The notes beneath the pieces are model-generated. The model was not told the DNA's origin and did not search any database. It saw nothing but the letters and a program-made list of their open reading frames with translations. Positions 9,664 to 19,240 of a stretch of 61,766 nucleotides of DNA are shown here, in pieces. The stretch covers positions 1 through 61,766 of IMG/VR virus record IMGVR_UViG_3300043419_000690. One strand, 5' to 3'. Numbering within the stretch: position 1 is the first letter of the stretch; every line of letters begins with the position of its first letter. Both the position numbers and the translations under genes were made by a program. The stretch is from a virus. Taxonomy: Duplodnaviria; Caudoviricetes.

Positions 9664-10134
9664 ATGAGCCAAGAAAAAGTTACTATCGACCGTGCTACTC
9701 GCCCAACCCGCGAAAAGCAAGCACGCCGCAAGCCTTGGGCTCGTCCTTCGCGTTTGGATGCACCCCCTGCCCCTGAAGGTTTCCAGCATTATTGGATTCG
9801 TGCAGAGATTAATGGGCATGAAGACAAACAACACGTTTTTGGTAGATTGCGCGAGGGTTATGAGCTCGTCCGCGCTGAAGAACTACCAGAAGAATATCGT
9901 GATGGCCTGCCTACCATTGAAGATGGTAAGCACGCTGGCGTGATAGCGGTTGGTGGTCTAATGCTTGCACGTATTCCAAATGAAACGCTTAAAGAGCGTA
10001 ATGCGTACTACAACCGTAAGGCACAGGAACAGATGACGGCAGTAGACAATGAGATGATGCGTGAAAATGCTCACTCTTCGATGCGTATTGAGGCACCTAA
10101 CAGGTCCTCTCGCACTACCTTTGGAAGCCGCTAA
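9664..10134 (+). CDS. Head-module hypothetical protein
   Basis: AAGGAG SD; LDAPPAPEGFQHYWIR; lies between scaffold and capsid genes. Confidence 0.75.
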   Translation: MSQEKVTIDRATRPTREKQARRKPWARPSRLDAPPAPEGFQHYWIRAEINGHEDKQHVFGRLREGYELVRAEELPEEYRDGLPTIEDGKHAGVIAVGGLMLARIPNETLKERNAYYNRKAQEQMTAVDNEMMRENAHSSMRIEAPNRSSRTTFGSR

Positions 10135-10163
10135 GGCGGTCCTTTATATTTTAGGAGCTACAC

Positions 10164-10751
10164 ATGGCAAACGTTGATAAAGCCTATGGTCTGCGCCCAA
10201 TGGGTAACCTCTCTGCTACTGGTGCACAGAAGCAGTATGGTTATTTAATTGCGGACAACCAATCAGGCGCAATTTTCCAAGGTGACTTGGTAACGATCTC
10301 TGGCGGTTACGTCGTCAAATTTGATGCAACTCTGCACACTGTTGCAGTTGGTGTATTCAATGGCTGTAACTACACTGATCCAACTTCTGGCAAACCAACC
10401 TGGTCAAACTACTATCCTGGTTCAGTCAACATTACTTCAGGCTACATCACTGCTGACGTATTAGATGATCCAAATCAGTTGTTCTCGATCCAAGCTGACG
10501 AAGATATCGTTCAAGCTGACTTCGGCAAGAATGCTGCTATTGCTTACACAGCAGGTAGCACTGTTACTGGTGTTTCAGCAACTGAATTAGATTCTTCTAC
10601 TATCGCTAATACTGCAGGTTTGGTATTAAAGTTAGTTGGTTTGAATACTCTCCCGACCAATTCTTTGGGTACAAACTACACCCAAGTAATTGTTAAGATT
10701 AACGCTCATCTGTATGGCAGCGCTGGTGTTGCTAATACAGCACCAGTCTAA
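10164..10751 (+). CDS. Probable capsid decoration/minor capsid protein
   Basis: TAGGAG SD; directly precedes the MCP; AIFQGDLV motif; strong codon bias. Confidence 0.65.
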   Translation: MANVDKAYGLRPMGNLSATGAQKQYGYLIADNQSGAIFQGDLVTISGGYVVKFDATLHTVAVGVFNGCNYTDPTSGKPTWSNYYPGSVNITSGYITADVLDDPNQLFSIQADEDIVQADFGKNAAIAYTAGSTVTGVSATELDSSTIANTAGLVLKLVGLNTLPTNSLGTNYTQVIVKINAHLYGSAGVANTAPV

Positions 10752-10764
10752 TAGGAGCTAAATA

Positions 10765-11688
10765 ATGGCTATTTCACGTTCACAACTCGTAAAAGAGCTT
10801 GAGCCAGGCCTGAACGCCCTGTTCGGCATGGAATACAAGCGTTATGAAAACGAGCACACCGCGATTTTCTCTGTTGAATCTTCTGACCGTGCGTTTGAAG
10901 AAGAAGTTATGTTGACTGGTTTCGACATGGCTCCAACAAAGAATGAAGGTGCTGGTACTAACTATGACACCGCACAGGAGTCATTCACTGCTCGTTACAC
11001 ACACGAAACCATCGCTCTGGCGTTTGCACTGACCGAAGAGGCTATCGAGGACAACCTCTATGACCGTCTGTCAGCTCGCTACACCAAAGCATTGGCTCGT
11101 TCTATGCAGTACACCAAGCAAGTTAAAGCTGCTTCCGTATTGAACAATGCGTTCAACACAACTGGCGCTTATAACGGTGGCGACGGTGTATCGCTGTGTA
11201 ACTCAGCTCACCCGACCGCTCTTGGTCCATCCTTTAGCAACGTTCCAACGACTCCTGCTGACTTGAACGAAACTTCGTTAGAGCAAGGTATCATTGACGT
11301 AGCAGGTTTCACTGACGAACGTGGCTTAAAAGTCGCATTGTCAGTTCGCCGTATGATCATTCCGAAGGAACTGCAATTTACTGCAGAGCGCCTGATGAAA
11401 TCTACTCAGCGTACCGAAACTGCAGACAATGACATCAATGCTATCAAGTCAATGGGCATGGTTCCAGAAGGTTACTTCGTTAACCATTTCTTGACCGATC
11501 CAGACGCTTGGTTCTTGATGACTGATGCTCCTAACGGCCTGAAAATGTTTGAACGTTCAGCAATCAAGACAGCTTTCGAAGGCGACTTTGATACTGGCAA
11601 CGTTCGTTACAAGGCTCGTGAGCGTTATTCGTTCGGTTGGTCTGATCCTCGTGCAATCTGGGGTTCAGCAGGCTACACACCTGCGTAA
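10765..11688 (+). CDS. Major capsid protein (Mu gpT-like, HK97 fold)
   Basis: MAISRSQLVKELEPGLNALFG start, RYKARERYSFGWSDPR end; followed by a terminator. Confidence 0.92.
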   Translation: MAISRSQLVKELEPGLNALFGMEYKRYENEHTAIFSVESSDRAFEEEVMLTGFDMAPTKNEGAGTNYDTAQESFTARYTHETIALAFALTEEAIEDNLYDRLSARYTKALARSMQYTKQVKAASVLNNAFNTTGAYNGGDGVSLCNSAHPTALGPSFSNVPTTPADLNETSLEQGIIDVAGFTDERGLKVALSVRRMIIPKELQFTAERLMKSTQRTETADNDINAIKSMGMVPEGYFVNHFLTDPDAWFLMTDAPNGLKMFERSAIKTAFEGDFDTGNVRYKARERYSFGWSDPRAIWGSAGYTPA

Positions 11689-11694
11689 TGTGTG

Positions 11695-11724
11695 AAGAAA
11701 AGGGGCTTCGGCCCCTTTTCTTTT
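11695..11724 (+). terminator. Rho-independent terminator
   Basis: AAGAAAAGGGGC-TTCG-GCCCCTTTTCTT with T-tract. Confidence 0.9.
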
Positions 11725-11752
11725 ATTGCCAATAGTGTATATTGGCGTTATC

Positions 11753-11823
11753 CCGGGATTTTCCGGTATATCTGACAGCCCCGGCTGACGACATGCAGAC
11801 AGATATGCCATTAACTTGCATGT
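11753..11823 (+). ncRNA. Double-pseudoknot structured RNA candidate (possibly the Mu-gpT-DE motif)
   Basis: Three interleaved helices in the order A B A' C B' C', downstream of the gpT-like MCP. Confidence 0.6.
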
Positions 11824-11837
11824 AAGGACAATTCGAC

Positions 11838-12065
11838 ATGGCAAATACTACCTTCACGGGTCCAGTTATCTCTAATAACGGATTCGTTTTCCCTGTTGCA
11901 ACAGCAGCCGAATTAGGCGATGTTGCAGACCCAATCAATGTTCAAAACAAGACACTAGGCAAATCAGTTGTTGATATCGCTACTGGTGTTATTTACACAT
12001 CTACTGGTACTTTAGCTGCTTCCCCTTGGAAGGGTTCTGACGCTACTACTGTTACTCCAGCCTAA
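11838..12065 (+). CDS. Small virion protein
   Basis: MANTTFTGPVIS N-terminus; AAGGA SD. Confidence 0.75.
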   Translation: MANTTFTGPVISNNGFVFPVATAAELGDVADPINVQNKTLGKSVVDIATGVIYTSTGTLAASPWKGSDATTVTPA

Positions 12066-12077
12066 TAGGAGGTCACC

Positions 12078-12356
12078 ATGGCATTCATGAGTGATCTACA
12101 GAGTACTTATCGCACAACAGATGGGGCCATTTTTACAGGACGCACTCGTGTCAAAGCGGTATACGTATCTCCTGATGTGGGAACTGGTTCAGTATCCATT
12201 ACCGATGGTAATGGTGGGACGGTTCTTTACAGGATAGACGTTCCTGCTGGCAGTAGTGCTATTTACATGTCACTACCAGAAGACGGGATTTTGTTTAAAG
12301 ATGGCGCATACGCTGATTTAACAACCGTTATTTCCGCTACATTCTTCTGGGCATAA
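12078..12356 (+). CDS. Small beta-rich virion protein
   Basis: AGGAGG SD; LPEDGILFKDGAY. Confidence 0.75.
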   Translation: MAFMSDLQSTYRTTDGAIFTGRTRVKAVYVSPDVGTGSVSITDGNGGTVLYRIDVPAGSSAIYMSLPEDGILFKDGAYADLTTVISATFFWA

Positions 12357-12369
12357 AAGGAGTTTTATC

Positions 12370-12594
12370 ATGATGGGTATGAACAAAAAACGTAAGAAAT
12401 CTGGCATGTCTATGGATAAAGGCATGAAATTAGCCAAGTCCACCAAAAAAGGCATGGCAGGCGATGACATGATGTCTATGGACACAAAGCCTGTGAAGAA
12501 AATGGGCGGCGGCATGATGGGCTATTCTACGGGTGGCACAGTCCAATCTCGTGGAAATGGCTTGGCACGTGGCAAAAAGACTCGTATTTGCTAA
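12370..12594 (+). CDS. Small Lys/Met-rich protein with GG tags
   Basis: AAGGAG SD; KMGGGMM and YSTGGTV. Confidence 0.75.
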   Translation: MMGMNKKRKKSGMSMDKGMKLAKSTKKGMAGDDMMSMDTKPVKKMGGGMMGYSTGGTVQSRGNGLARGKKTRIC

Positions 12595-12596
12595 AA

Positions 12597-12884
12597 ATGC
12601 CCCGCAAAAAGGAAACCCCCATTGCAAATTCGGTAAAGTCGGGCAACTTTCGCCCGACTAAAGCCGGAGCAGGAATGACTAAGAAAGGCGTAACTGCCTA
12701 TCGTAAAGCCAATCCTGGTAGCAAGTTGCAGACTGCAGTGACGGAAGATAAGCCCACGGGCGCGAGAGCGGCCAGGCGCAAGTCATACTGTGCAAGAAGC
12801 GAAGGGCAAATGAAGAAGTTTCCTGAAGCGGCAAATGATCCTAACAGTCGCTTGAGACAAGCGCGTAAACGCTGGAAATGTTGA
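12597..12884 (+). CDS. Small basic hypothetical protein
   Basis: GAGMTKKGV, ARRKSYCARS, PNSRLRQARKRWKC. Confidence 0.75.
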   Translation: MPRKKETPIANSVKSGNFRPTKAGAGMTKKGVTAYRKANPGSKLQTAVTEDKPTGARAARRKSYCARSEGQMKKFPEAANDPNSRLRQARKRWKC

Positions 12885-12885
12885 A

Positions 12886-13128
12886 ATGGATATCACACTT
12901 TGGAACACTTTTCTTTCTGTCCTATTGGCGTTTGTAGGATGGATGTTACGCGAGAAGTCTGCGGAACTTCATCGCATCCAAGTCCTATTGAATAGAACTA
13001 GGGAAGAGATCGCAAAAGAATACGTAACAAAAGCAGAGGTTCATGCCGATATAAATCGCGTTCTTGATCGTTTAGAACGTCTAGACTTAAAACTAGATCG
13101 TTTAATGGAGGTAAAAAATGCCAGTTAA
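12886..13128 (+). CDS. N-terminal TM plus coiled-coil protein
   Basis: Hydrophobic residues 5-20; RTREEIAKEYVTK. Confidence 0.7.
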   Translation: MDITLWNTFLSVLLAFVGWMLREKSAELHRIQVLLNRTREEIAKEYVTKAEVHADINRVLDRLERLDLKLDRLMEVKNAS

Positions 13129-13456
13129 GAGCGCAAAACAAAAGAAGTTGATGGATGCTGCTGCGCATAATCCTGCTTTTGCTAAAAAAGTAGGTATACC
13201 TGTTAGCGTTGCTAAAGAAATGAGCACTAAAAGTAAAGGAATGACGTTTAAGGCAAAAGGCGGAACAGTTAATCGCGTAGGTGATGCGGTTACACCTAGC
13301 CGTCGTGATCCAGACATTGGGAAAATGATTAAAGAAGTAAAGACCCCTAACGTCAAGCATAGTGGCAAAGCAGGCTTGAACCAAAAGAAATTTGGTGGAT
13401 CAAAAGGTACACGTTATGCCTCTGGTGGCATGGCTAAAAAGGGCAAAGGCTGCTAA
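13118..13456 (+). CDS. Small basic protein with GG tags
   Basis: GGAGG SD; KAKGGTV and YASGGMA. Confidence 0.75.
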   Translation: MPVKSAKQKKLMDAAAHNPAFAKKVGIPVSVAKEMSTKSKGMTFKAKGGTVNRVGDAVTPSRRDPDIGKMIKEVKTPNVKHSGKAGLNQKKFGGSKGTRYASGGMAKKGKGC

Positions 13457-14131
13457 ATGGCTACCTCTAATACTGCAACGTTTAATCTGGAATTTGACGA
13501 CCTCATTGAAGAGGCGTATGAACGTTGCGGCATTGAAGATCGTGATGGCTATGACATGCGTACTGCACGTCGGTCATTGAATTTGATGTTTGCTGAGTGG
13601 GCAAATCGTGGTTTAAATCTTTGGACGATTGAACAACGTGAGATCACAATGGTTGCTGGTCAACCAGAGTATACGATGCCGAGTGACACAGTAAATGCAT
13701 TATCTGCAGTTATACGTACTAATGCAGGCACTCAACAGCAGCAGGACATTACAATTGATCGTATTAGTCAGAATGAATACCTGCATTTACCCGATAAATT
13801 AACAACATCCCGTCCTGCGCAGTACTATGTTCAGCGTACAGTGCCAACAAAGTTGTTTGTTTATCCTGCTCCAGACAATACTCAGCCCTACATCTTTAGA
13901 TACTATGCGATTAGACGCATTCAAGATGCAGGTGCTTATACGAATACAGCAGATATATCATTTAGATTCTTACCTGCATTAGCAGCGGGCCTTGCTTATC
14001 ATATGTCTCTTAAAAAAGCGCCTGAAAGAACAATGATGTTGAAGCAAATTTATGATGAAGAGTTCCAACGTGCCGCACAAGAGGATAGAGATATCGCTAG
14101 TGTGTATTTAACTCCGGATTTTAGTCGTTAA
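13457..14131 (+). CDS. Head-tail adaptor-like protein
   Basis: ARRSLNLMFAEWANRGLNLW; helical adaptor pattern; position after the head genes. Confidence 0.6.
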   Translation: MATSNTATFNLEFDDLIEEAYERCGIEDRDGYDMRTARRSLNLMFAEWANRGLNLWTIEQREITMVAGQPEYTMPSDTVNALSAVIRTNAGTQQQQDITIDRISQNEYLHLPDKLTTSRPAQYYVQRTVPTKLFVYPAPDNTQPYIFRYYAIRRIQDAGAYTNTADISFRFLPALAAGLAYHMSLKKAPERTMMLKQIYDEEFQRAAQEDRDIASVYLTPDFSR

Positions 14132-14132
14132 C

Positions 14133-14462
14133 ATGGCATGGGCAAACGGTAAATGGGCACTTGGAATCTGCGATCAATGCGGATTTCAGTATTTGCTTAA
14201 TGATTTAAAGAAGGAATGGACAGGTTTTAAGGTTTGTCAGGAATGCTACGAACCAAAGCACCCTCAATTAGAACCTAAGCGTGGCATTAATGAGCCGATT
14301 GCGTTATTGCAGCCACGTCCAGATGGAACACAAACGGTTTCAGTATCACTGGGGTATGGCGGTGACTCCACATTTGCAAGTATAGGGATGCAACCTGCTC
14401 CAGTATCAAGATTATTGGTAGCCACAGGCTTAATAGGTCAAATACAGGTATCTACTACATGA
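14133..14462 (+). CDS. Zn-finger hypothetical protein
   Basis: CDQC...CQEC then EPKHPQ. Confidence 0.7.
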   Translation: MAWANGKWALGICDQCGFQYLLNDLKKEWTGFKVCQECYEPKHPQLEPKRGINEPIALLQPRPDGTQTVSVSLGYGGDSTFASIGMQPAPVSRLLVATGLIGQIQVSTT

Positions 14463-15307
14463 ACTACGTTGAATTAGTTGCTGCGATTGAAGATTATGTA
14501 GCTGATGATTTTGATACATCATCAGTAAATACCTTTATTCAGCAAGCAGAACAACGAATATACAACAGTGTTCAACTTGCATATCTGAGAAAAAATGTAA
14601 CAGGTGGTTTAACCAAAGGTAATAAGTATTTATCTTGCCCTGGTGATTTTTTATCAACATATTCCTTAGCTGTTTTTACATTTGCTGACCCAACAGCAAC
14701 AGGTACTATTGCTGAGACTACAATAACCGTAGCTAGTGCAACAAATATTGAAGTTGGTCAACGTGTAACAGGTACAGGCATTGGATTAGATGCGGTTGTA
14801 ACTGAAATAGACGGTACAACTATCACATTATCAGTTGAAAACTCTGGTGCAGTGTCTGGAACTGTACTGTTTCAGGGCGACTATACGTATCTCTTGAATA
14901 AAGATGCAAATTATATTCGTGAAGTATATCCATCTGCTACTTCACAGGGTGTTCCTAAGTATTATGGTATTTTTGGGCCTACCGTTATTTCTAGTGTATC
15001 TACAAATGAGTTGAGTTTAATTATTGGACCAACACCCAATAAAAACTATGGGGTAGAAATGCATTATTTCTTCTATCCACAGACTATTGTTACTGCGGGT
15101 ACAACTTGGTTAGGCGATAACTTTGATTCTGTCTTGTTATATGGCTCTTTGGTTGAAGCTTATACCTATATGAAAGGTGAGCAAGATATCATGGCAGTGT
15201 ACGAGACAAAATATAAAGAAGCATTGATGCTGTTGAAACAATTGGGCGATGGAAAAGAACGTGGCGATGCTTATCGTGATGGTCAAGTTAAATATCCGGT
15301 GAAATAA
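14459..15307 (+). CDS. Adaptor/neck protein with an inserted beta-domain
   Basis: FIQQAEQRIYN, LLYGSLVEAY; Thr/Gly-rich insert at about aa 75-138. Confidence 0.65.
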   Translation: MNYVELVAAIEDYVADDFDTSSVNTFIQQAEQRIYNSVQLAYLRKNVTGGLTKGNKYLSCPGDFLSTYSLAVFTFADPTATGTIAETTITVASATNIEVGQRVTGTGIGLDAVVTEIDGTTITLSVENSGAVSGTVLFQGDYTYLLNKDANYIREVYPSATSQGVPKYYGIFGPTVISSVSTNELSLIIGPTPNKNYGVEMHYFFYPQTIVTAGTTWLGDNFDSVLLYGSLVEAYTYMKGEQDIMAVYETKYKEALMLLKQLGDGKERGDAYRDGQVKYPVK

Positions 15308-15726
15308 TGGCTATTACGCAAACATGGACAACAAGTTTTAAACAACAAGTCTTGTTAGGTGTGCATGACTTGGATACAGACGTTTTAAAGATTGCTTTGT
15401 ATACACCTTCTGCTAATTTAGGGGCAGATACGACTATATATTCGACTACAAATGAGGTTTCTGGTCCTGGATATACAGCAGGTGGCCAAATACTGACAAA
15501 TGTGACTGTATCTGCAGGAAATGGTGTTGCTTATGTGGATTTTGACAATCCTAATTGGCCTGGTTCCTCGTTTACTACGCTTGGTGCGTTGATATACAAC
15601 AGTAGTAAGCAAAATAAGAGCATGTTTGTATTGAATTTTGGCACTGATCAAACGACGGTTAATGCAACATTTCAGATAATAATGCCTGCAAATAACCCGA
15701 CATTTGCAGTAATAAGACTAGATTAG
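15307..15726 (+). CDS. Tail structural protein (paralog of 16385)
   Basis: TTSFK, KIALYT, EVSGPGYTAGG, ALIYNSS and FG blocks shared with 16385. Confidence 0.75.
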   Translation: MAITQTWTTSFKQQVLLGVHDLDTDVLKIALYTPSANLGADTTIYSTTNEVSGPGYTAGGQILTNVTVSAGNGVAYVDFDNPNWPGSSFTTLGALIYNSSKQNKSMFVLNFGTDQTTVNATFQIIMPANNPTFAVIRLD

Positions 15727-15734
15727 GAGTGGAT

Positions 15735-15932
15735 ATGGCAACGGTATTTACAACCAAAGGACACATGGAAGAGGACTTACTTGAAAAGCGCGAAGGTGTC
15801 GATGAAAACGACAATGAGCGTGCAGAGTGGGTTGAATACTGGTTGGATGGTGAGTTAGTCCATCGCTCCGTGCATATGGTGTTGAAGAAGTTCAGTTTAA
15901 CAGGCGAGGCCGTCGCCGCATCTTTAGGATAA
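15735..15932 (+). CDS. Hypothetical protein
   Basis: TAGGAG SD; WVEYWLDGELVHRSVH. Confidence 0.7.
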   Translation: MATVFTTKGHMEEDLLEKREGVDENDNERAEWVEYWLDGELVHRSVHMVLKKFSLTGEAVAASLG

Positions 15933-15936
15933 AAAG

Positions 15937-16392
15937 ATGAAAACAAAGAGTTGCACTTCTTGTAAAGAAGTTAAGCCTCTTACGGAATTTAGTATGGTAC
16001 AAACAGGAAAACGTACAGGCAATTCTTTCTCTAGGTGTAAAGTTTGCAGAAACAAAATAAACAAGGAAAGAAAAGAACGCGACCCAAGTATATACAGAAG
16101 GATTGAGTGGCCTTCTAAGTTAAAAAGGTTTTATGGGATAACGGTAGATCAATATTATTCAATGCTTGAATCTCAAGGTGGTGGATGCGCAATATGCGGA
16201 ACCAAGGTACCAAGTAGTAGAAAACGGAAGTACGCATCTGTAGAAATGTTTTTTGTAGACCACTGTCATGCCACTGGTAAAGTTCGTGGTCTTTTATGCA
16301 GTAGATGTAACCGTGGTATTGGATTTTTTGATGATAGTATTGATAAACTGAATTTAGCTGTAAATTATTTAGAAGAGGCAAAAAATGAGTAA
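15937..16392 (+). CDS. Free-standing endonuclease VII-type HNH (probable homing endonuclease)
   Basis: CAIC...VDHCHATGKVRGLLCSRCNRGIG; N-terminal CxxC pairs. Confidence 0.9.
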   Translation: MKTKSCTSCKEVKPLTEFSMVQTGKRTGNSFSRCKVCRNKINKERKERDPSIYRRIEWPSKLKRFYGITVDQYYSMLESQGGGCAICGTKVPSSRKRKYASVEMFFVDHCHATGKVRGLLCSRCNRGIGFFDDSIDKLNLAVNYLEEAKNE

Positions 16393-16840
16393 TACACAGG
16401 CAATGACCACCTCGTTTAAAGGCGAGATTCTCACTGCAACACATAACTTTGGTACTGCACCTACTCGTGGTTCTGGTGCTGCTGACACATTTAAAGCTGC
16501 TTTATATGTAACCACAGCGACACTTGGTGCAGGTACAACAGCATATACCGTTACAGGTGAAGTATCTGGTTCTGGATACAGTCCTGGTGGCGTGACTGTG
16601 ACCAATGCAACTGCTCCAGCGACATCGGGTACTACTGCGTATTGGACTCCATCAGCTTCAATTACTTATTCAAGCGTGACGTTATCTACCGCATTTGATG
16701 CAGTGCTGATTTATAACAGTTCACAAAGTGATAAGGCTGTGAGTGTTCATACATTTGGTTCGCAGACAATTACTGCTGGTACATTCACATTGTTGATGCC
16801 TGCTAATGCGGCTGGTACGGCTTTGTTAAATATCGCTTAA
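16385..16840 (+). CDS. Tail structural protein (paralog of 15307)
   Basis: TTSFKGEIL, FKAALY, EVSGSGYSPGG, AVLIYNSS. Confidence 0.75.
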   Translation: MSNTQAMTTSFKGEILTATHNFGTAPTRGSGAADTFKAALYVTTATLGAGTTAYTVTGEVSGSGYSPGGVTVTNATAPATSGTTAYWTPSASITYSSVTLSTAFDAVLIYNSSQSDKAVSVHTFGSQTITAGTFTLLMPANAAGTALLNIA

Positions 16841-16862
16841 CGTTTAAAAGGCGGGCGTAGCC

Positions 16863-17732
16863 ATGTTTGGTATAAGTTCGTTCGCCGAAATACCCTTTTC
16901 AGGGCTACCTGCTGCTAATGCTGTTGTTGTTAGTCTTACTGGAGTAACAGGAACTGGCTCGGTTGGTACAGTTGCAGTAGCGTCAGAAGTAGGTTTAACT
17001 GCGGTAACAGCGACAGGCACGGTTGGCACAGTTTCTTACGGCAAAGAAGAAAGCCTAACAGGAGTAACTGGTACTGGATCGGTCGGTAATGTTGGATTTG
17101 AGTACGCGTTTGATTTAACTGCTGTAACAGGTACGGGTTCAGTTGGTACTGTAACAGTAGAAGAGAGACAAATAAATGTTACCGCAGTAACTGGTACTGG
17201 GTCAGTTGGTAGTGTAGCAGCACAAAACAGCCCTACGCTAAGTGGTGTAACTGGAACAGGTCAGGCAGGCGATCCATATCACGGCAAGGCTGTTGTACTA
17301 GCAGGGGTTAGCGGTACAGGTTCCGTTGGTACGGTGGTAGCACAAGAGTCTGGCCAAGAGGACGGTACTACTGCAACAGGTACGGTTGGTGATGTTGGAT
17401 TATTAACAGAAGTAGCAATAAGTGGTGTAACAGGTACTGGTTCGGTAAATAGCGTTGTCTTCTCTCAGGTAGCGTTTATAACTGGAGTATCTGGCACAGG
17501 TGCATTAACATATGTGCCATTGGGTGTGCGGCATTTTAATGGAATAACTGGGTTATCTGCCGCTACCAGTGTAGGAAGTATGACAGCAGCACCGCATTGG
17601 TCATTCTTCTATATTGATACACAGCAGGATGCGGATTGGCAGTTGATAAATAATAATCAAACTGCGGATTGGACGTTAATTGATACAGATACACCAACAG
17701 ATTGGGTATTAATAGACACTGAGGTTTACTGA
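16863..17732 (+). CDS. Repetitive tail protein
   Basis: About 11 LTGVTGTGSVG-type repeats; C-terminal W-x-L-I-D repeats. Confidence 0.75.
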   Translation: MFGISSFAEIPFSGLPAANAVVVSLTGVTGTGSVGTVAVASEVGLTAVTATGTVGTVSYGKEESLTGVTGTGSVGNVGFEYAFDLTAVTGTGSVGTVTVEERQINVTAVTGTGSVGSVAAQNSPTLSGVTGTGQAGDPYHGKAVVLAGVSGTGSVGTVVAQESGQEDGTTATGTVGDVGLLTEVAISGVTGTGSVNSVVFSQVAFITGVSGTGALTYVPLGVRHFNGITGLSAATSVGSMTAAPHWSFFYIDTQQDADWQLINNNQTADWTLIDTDTPTDWVLIDTEVY

Positions 17733-18223
17733 TGGCATTTGTCTTAAAAGATAGGATAAAAGAAACGACCATCACGACTGGTAATGGCACGATAACGCTT
17801 GCAGGTGCTGTTACGGGGTATCGGTCGTTTGCTGACATTGGTAATGGCAACAATACTTATTACACTATAGCGGCTCAAACAGGGAGTGAGTGGGAAGTAG
17901 GTGTTGGTACTTACACATCATCTGGTACTACGCTTTCTCGTGATACCGTACTATCTAATTCTCTAGGCACTACTGCAAAAATCGTATTCTCTGCGGGTAC
18001 TAAAGACGTATTTGTAACCTATCCTGCAGGTAAGGCAGCGTATGAGAATACAGATCAAACAATAACGGCGGGTGGGGACGGCGCAATTTATTTAGCATCG
18101 AACACAATAACCGTAAATAGTACAATTCCAACTGGGTTTAATGGCATGACTCCGGGACCAATTACTATATCGAATGGCATAACAGTGACGGTAGCTAACG
18201 GCTCTAACTGGGTTGTAACGTAA
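17732..18223 (+). CDS. Tail fibre component
   Basis: LKDRIKETT, WEVGVGTY; C-terminal GPITI..TVTV..GSNW module. Confidence 0.75.
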   Translation: MAFVLKDRIKETTITTGNGTITLAGAVTGYRSFADIGNGNNTYYTIAAQTGSEWEVGVGTYTSSGTTLSRDTVLSNSLGTTAKIVFSAGTKDVFVTYPAGKAAYENTDQTITAGGDGAIYLASNTITVNSTIPTGFNGMTPGPITISNGITVTVANGSNWVVT

Positions 18224-18234
18224 AGGATTAGGAA

Positions 18235-19230
18235 ATGACAACCACGTATTCGAACAATTTGCGATTAAACATGATTGGCACTGGCGATCAAGCTGGTGTC
18301 TGGGGTGTAACTACTAATCTAAATTTAGGTACTTTACTGGAAGCCGCTATTTCAGGTGTTATTGGTGTTCCCGTTACCTCAGCTCTTCAGGCGTTAACGG
18401 CATATGATGGCGTAACAGATCAAGCAAGACAAGCGGTTATAGTTTTAACAGGAACTCCTGGTGCTACAGCTACCGTATGTTTGCCTCCTGCAAATAAAAC
18501 ATACATTATTAAAAATTCTACAAATCAAATTGTAGTAATTTCTGCGGCAACTGCATTAAATGGTACTACATTGACTGGTGGTACTACTGTTGCTATTCCT
18601 ATCGGTAAGACCACAATTATTGTCTGTGATGCTGTTAATGTCCAAGGTGGTGTGGACTACATTGCGGATGACTTATCTGTATTAGGTGACGGTACCTTCT
18701 CTGGTAACGGCGCGTTCGGTGGTACGGGTAGTTTGAAGCTGCCATCAGGTACTACTGGAGAACGAGCGGGTACAGGTGTTCGTTACAACACCACAACTGG
18801 AACTTACGAGGGTTACAACACCAACACTGCAACATGGGGTGAGATTGGTGGAGGTGGTGGAGCTACAGGTGGCGGTTTAAACAAAGCGTTCTTTGAGAAT
18901 CAAACTGAGATCACAGCAAGCTATACGATTACTGCTGGATATAACGCTATTACTGCGGGTCCTGTAACGCTAGTACCTTTAGATTTTACTGGCTCTATTG
19001 CTGCTACTACATTGACTGTTTCAGCGGTAACAACAGGTACTTTATATGTAGGCGCGGTTCTTACAGGCACAGGTATTACAGTAGGCACGACTATTACAGC
19101 ATTAGGTACAGGCACAGGTGGTGTAGGCAATTACACAGTTAGCCCATCGCAGTCTGTAGGTAGCACAAACATCACATCCGTCACAACAGTTACAGTTCCT
19201 GTTGGGTCAAATTGGACAGTTACAGGTTAA
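18235..19230 (+). CDS. Tail fibre protein
   Basis: [27 protein letters not shown]; C-terminal module like that of 17732, with an insertion. Confidence 0.75.
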   Translation: MTTTYSNNLRLNMIGTGDQAGVWGVTTNLNLGTLLEAAISGVIGVPVTSALQALTAYDGVTDQARQAVIVLTGTPGATATVCLPPANKTYIIKNSTNQIVVISAATALNGTTLTGGTTVAIPIGKTTIIVCDAVNVQGGVDYIADDLSVLGDGTFSGNGAFGGTGSLKLPSGTTGERAGTGVRYNTTTGTYEGYNTNTATWGEIGGGGGATGGGLNKAFFENQTEITASYTITAGYNAITAGPVTLVPLDFTGSIAATTLTVSAVTTGTLYVGAVLTGTGITVGTTITALGTGTGGVGNYTVSPSQSVGSTNITSVTTVTVPVGSNWTVTG

Positions 19231-19240
19231 GAGGTAAAAC

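Noticed and set aside
11785-11800. Hammerhead ribozyme (CTGACGA core)
   Set aside because: No GAAA after stem II, and the helix order is pseudoknotted rather than a three-way junction.
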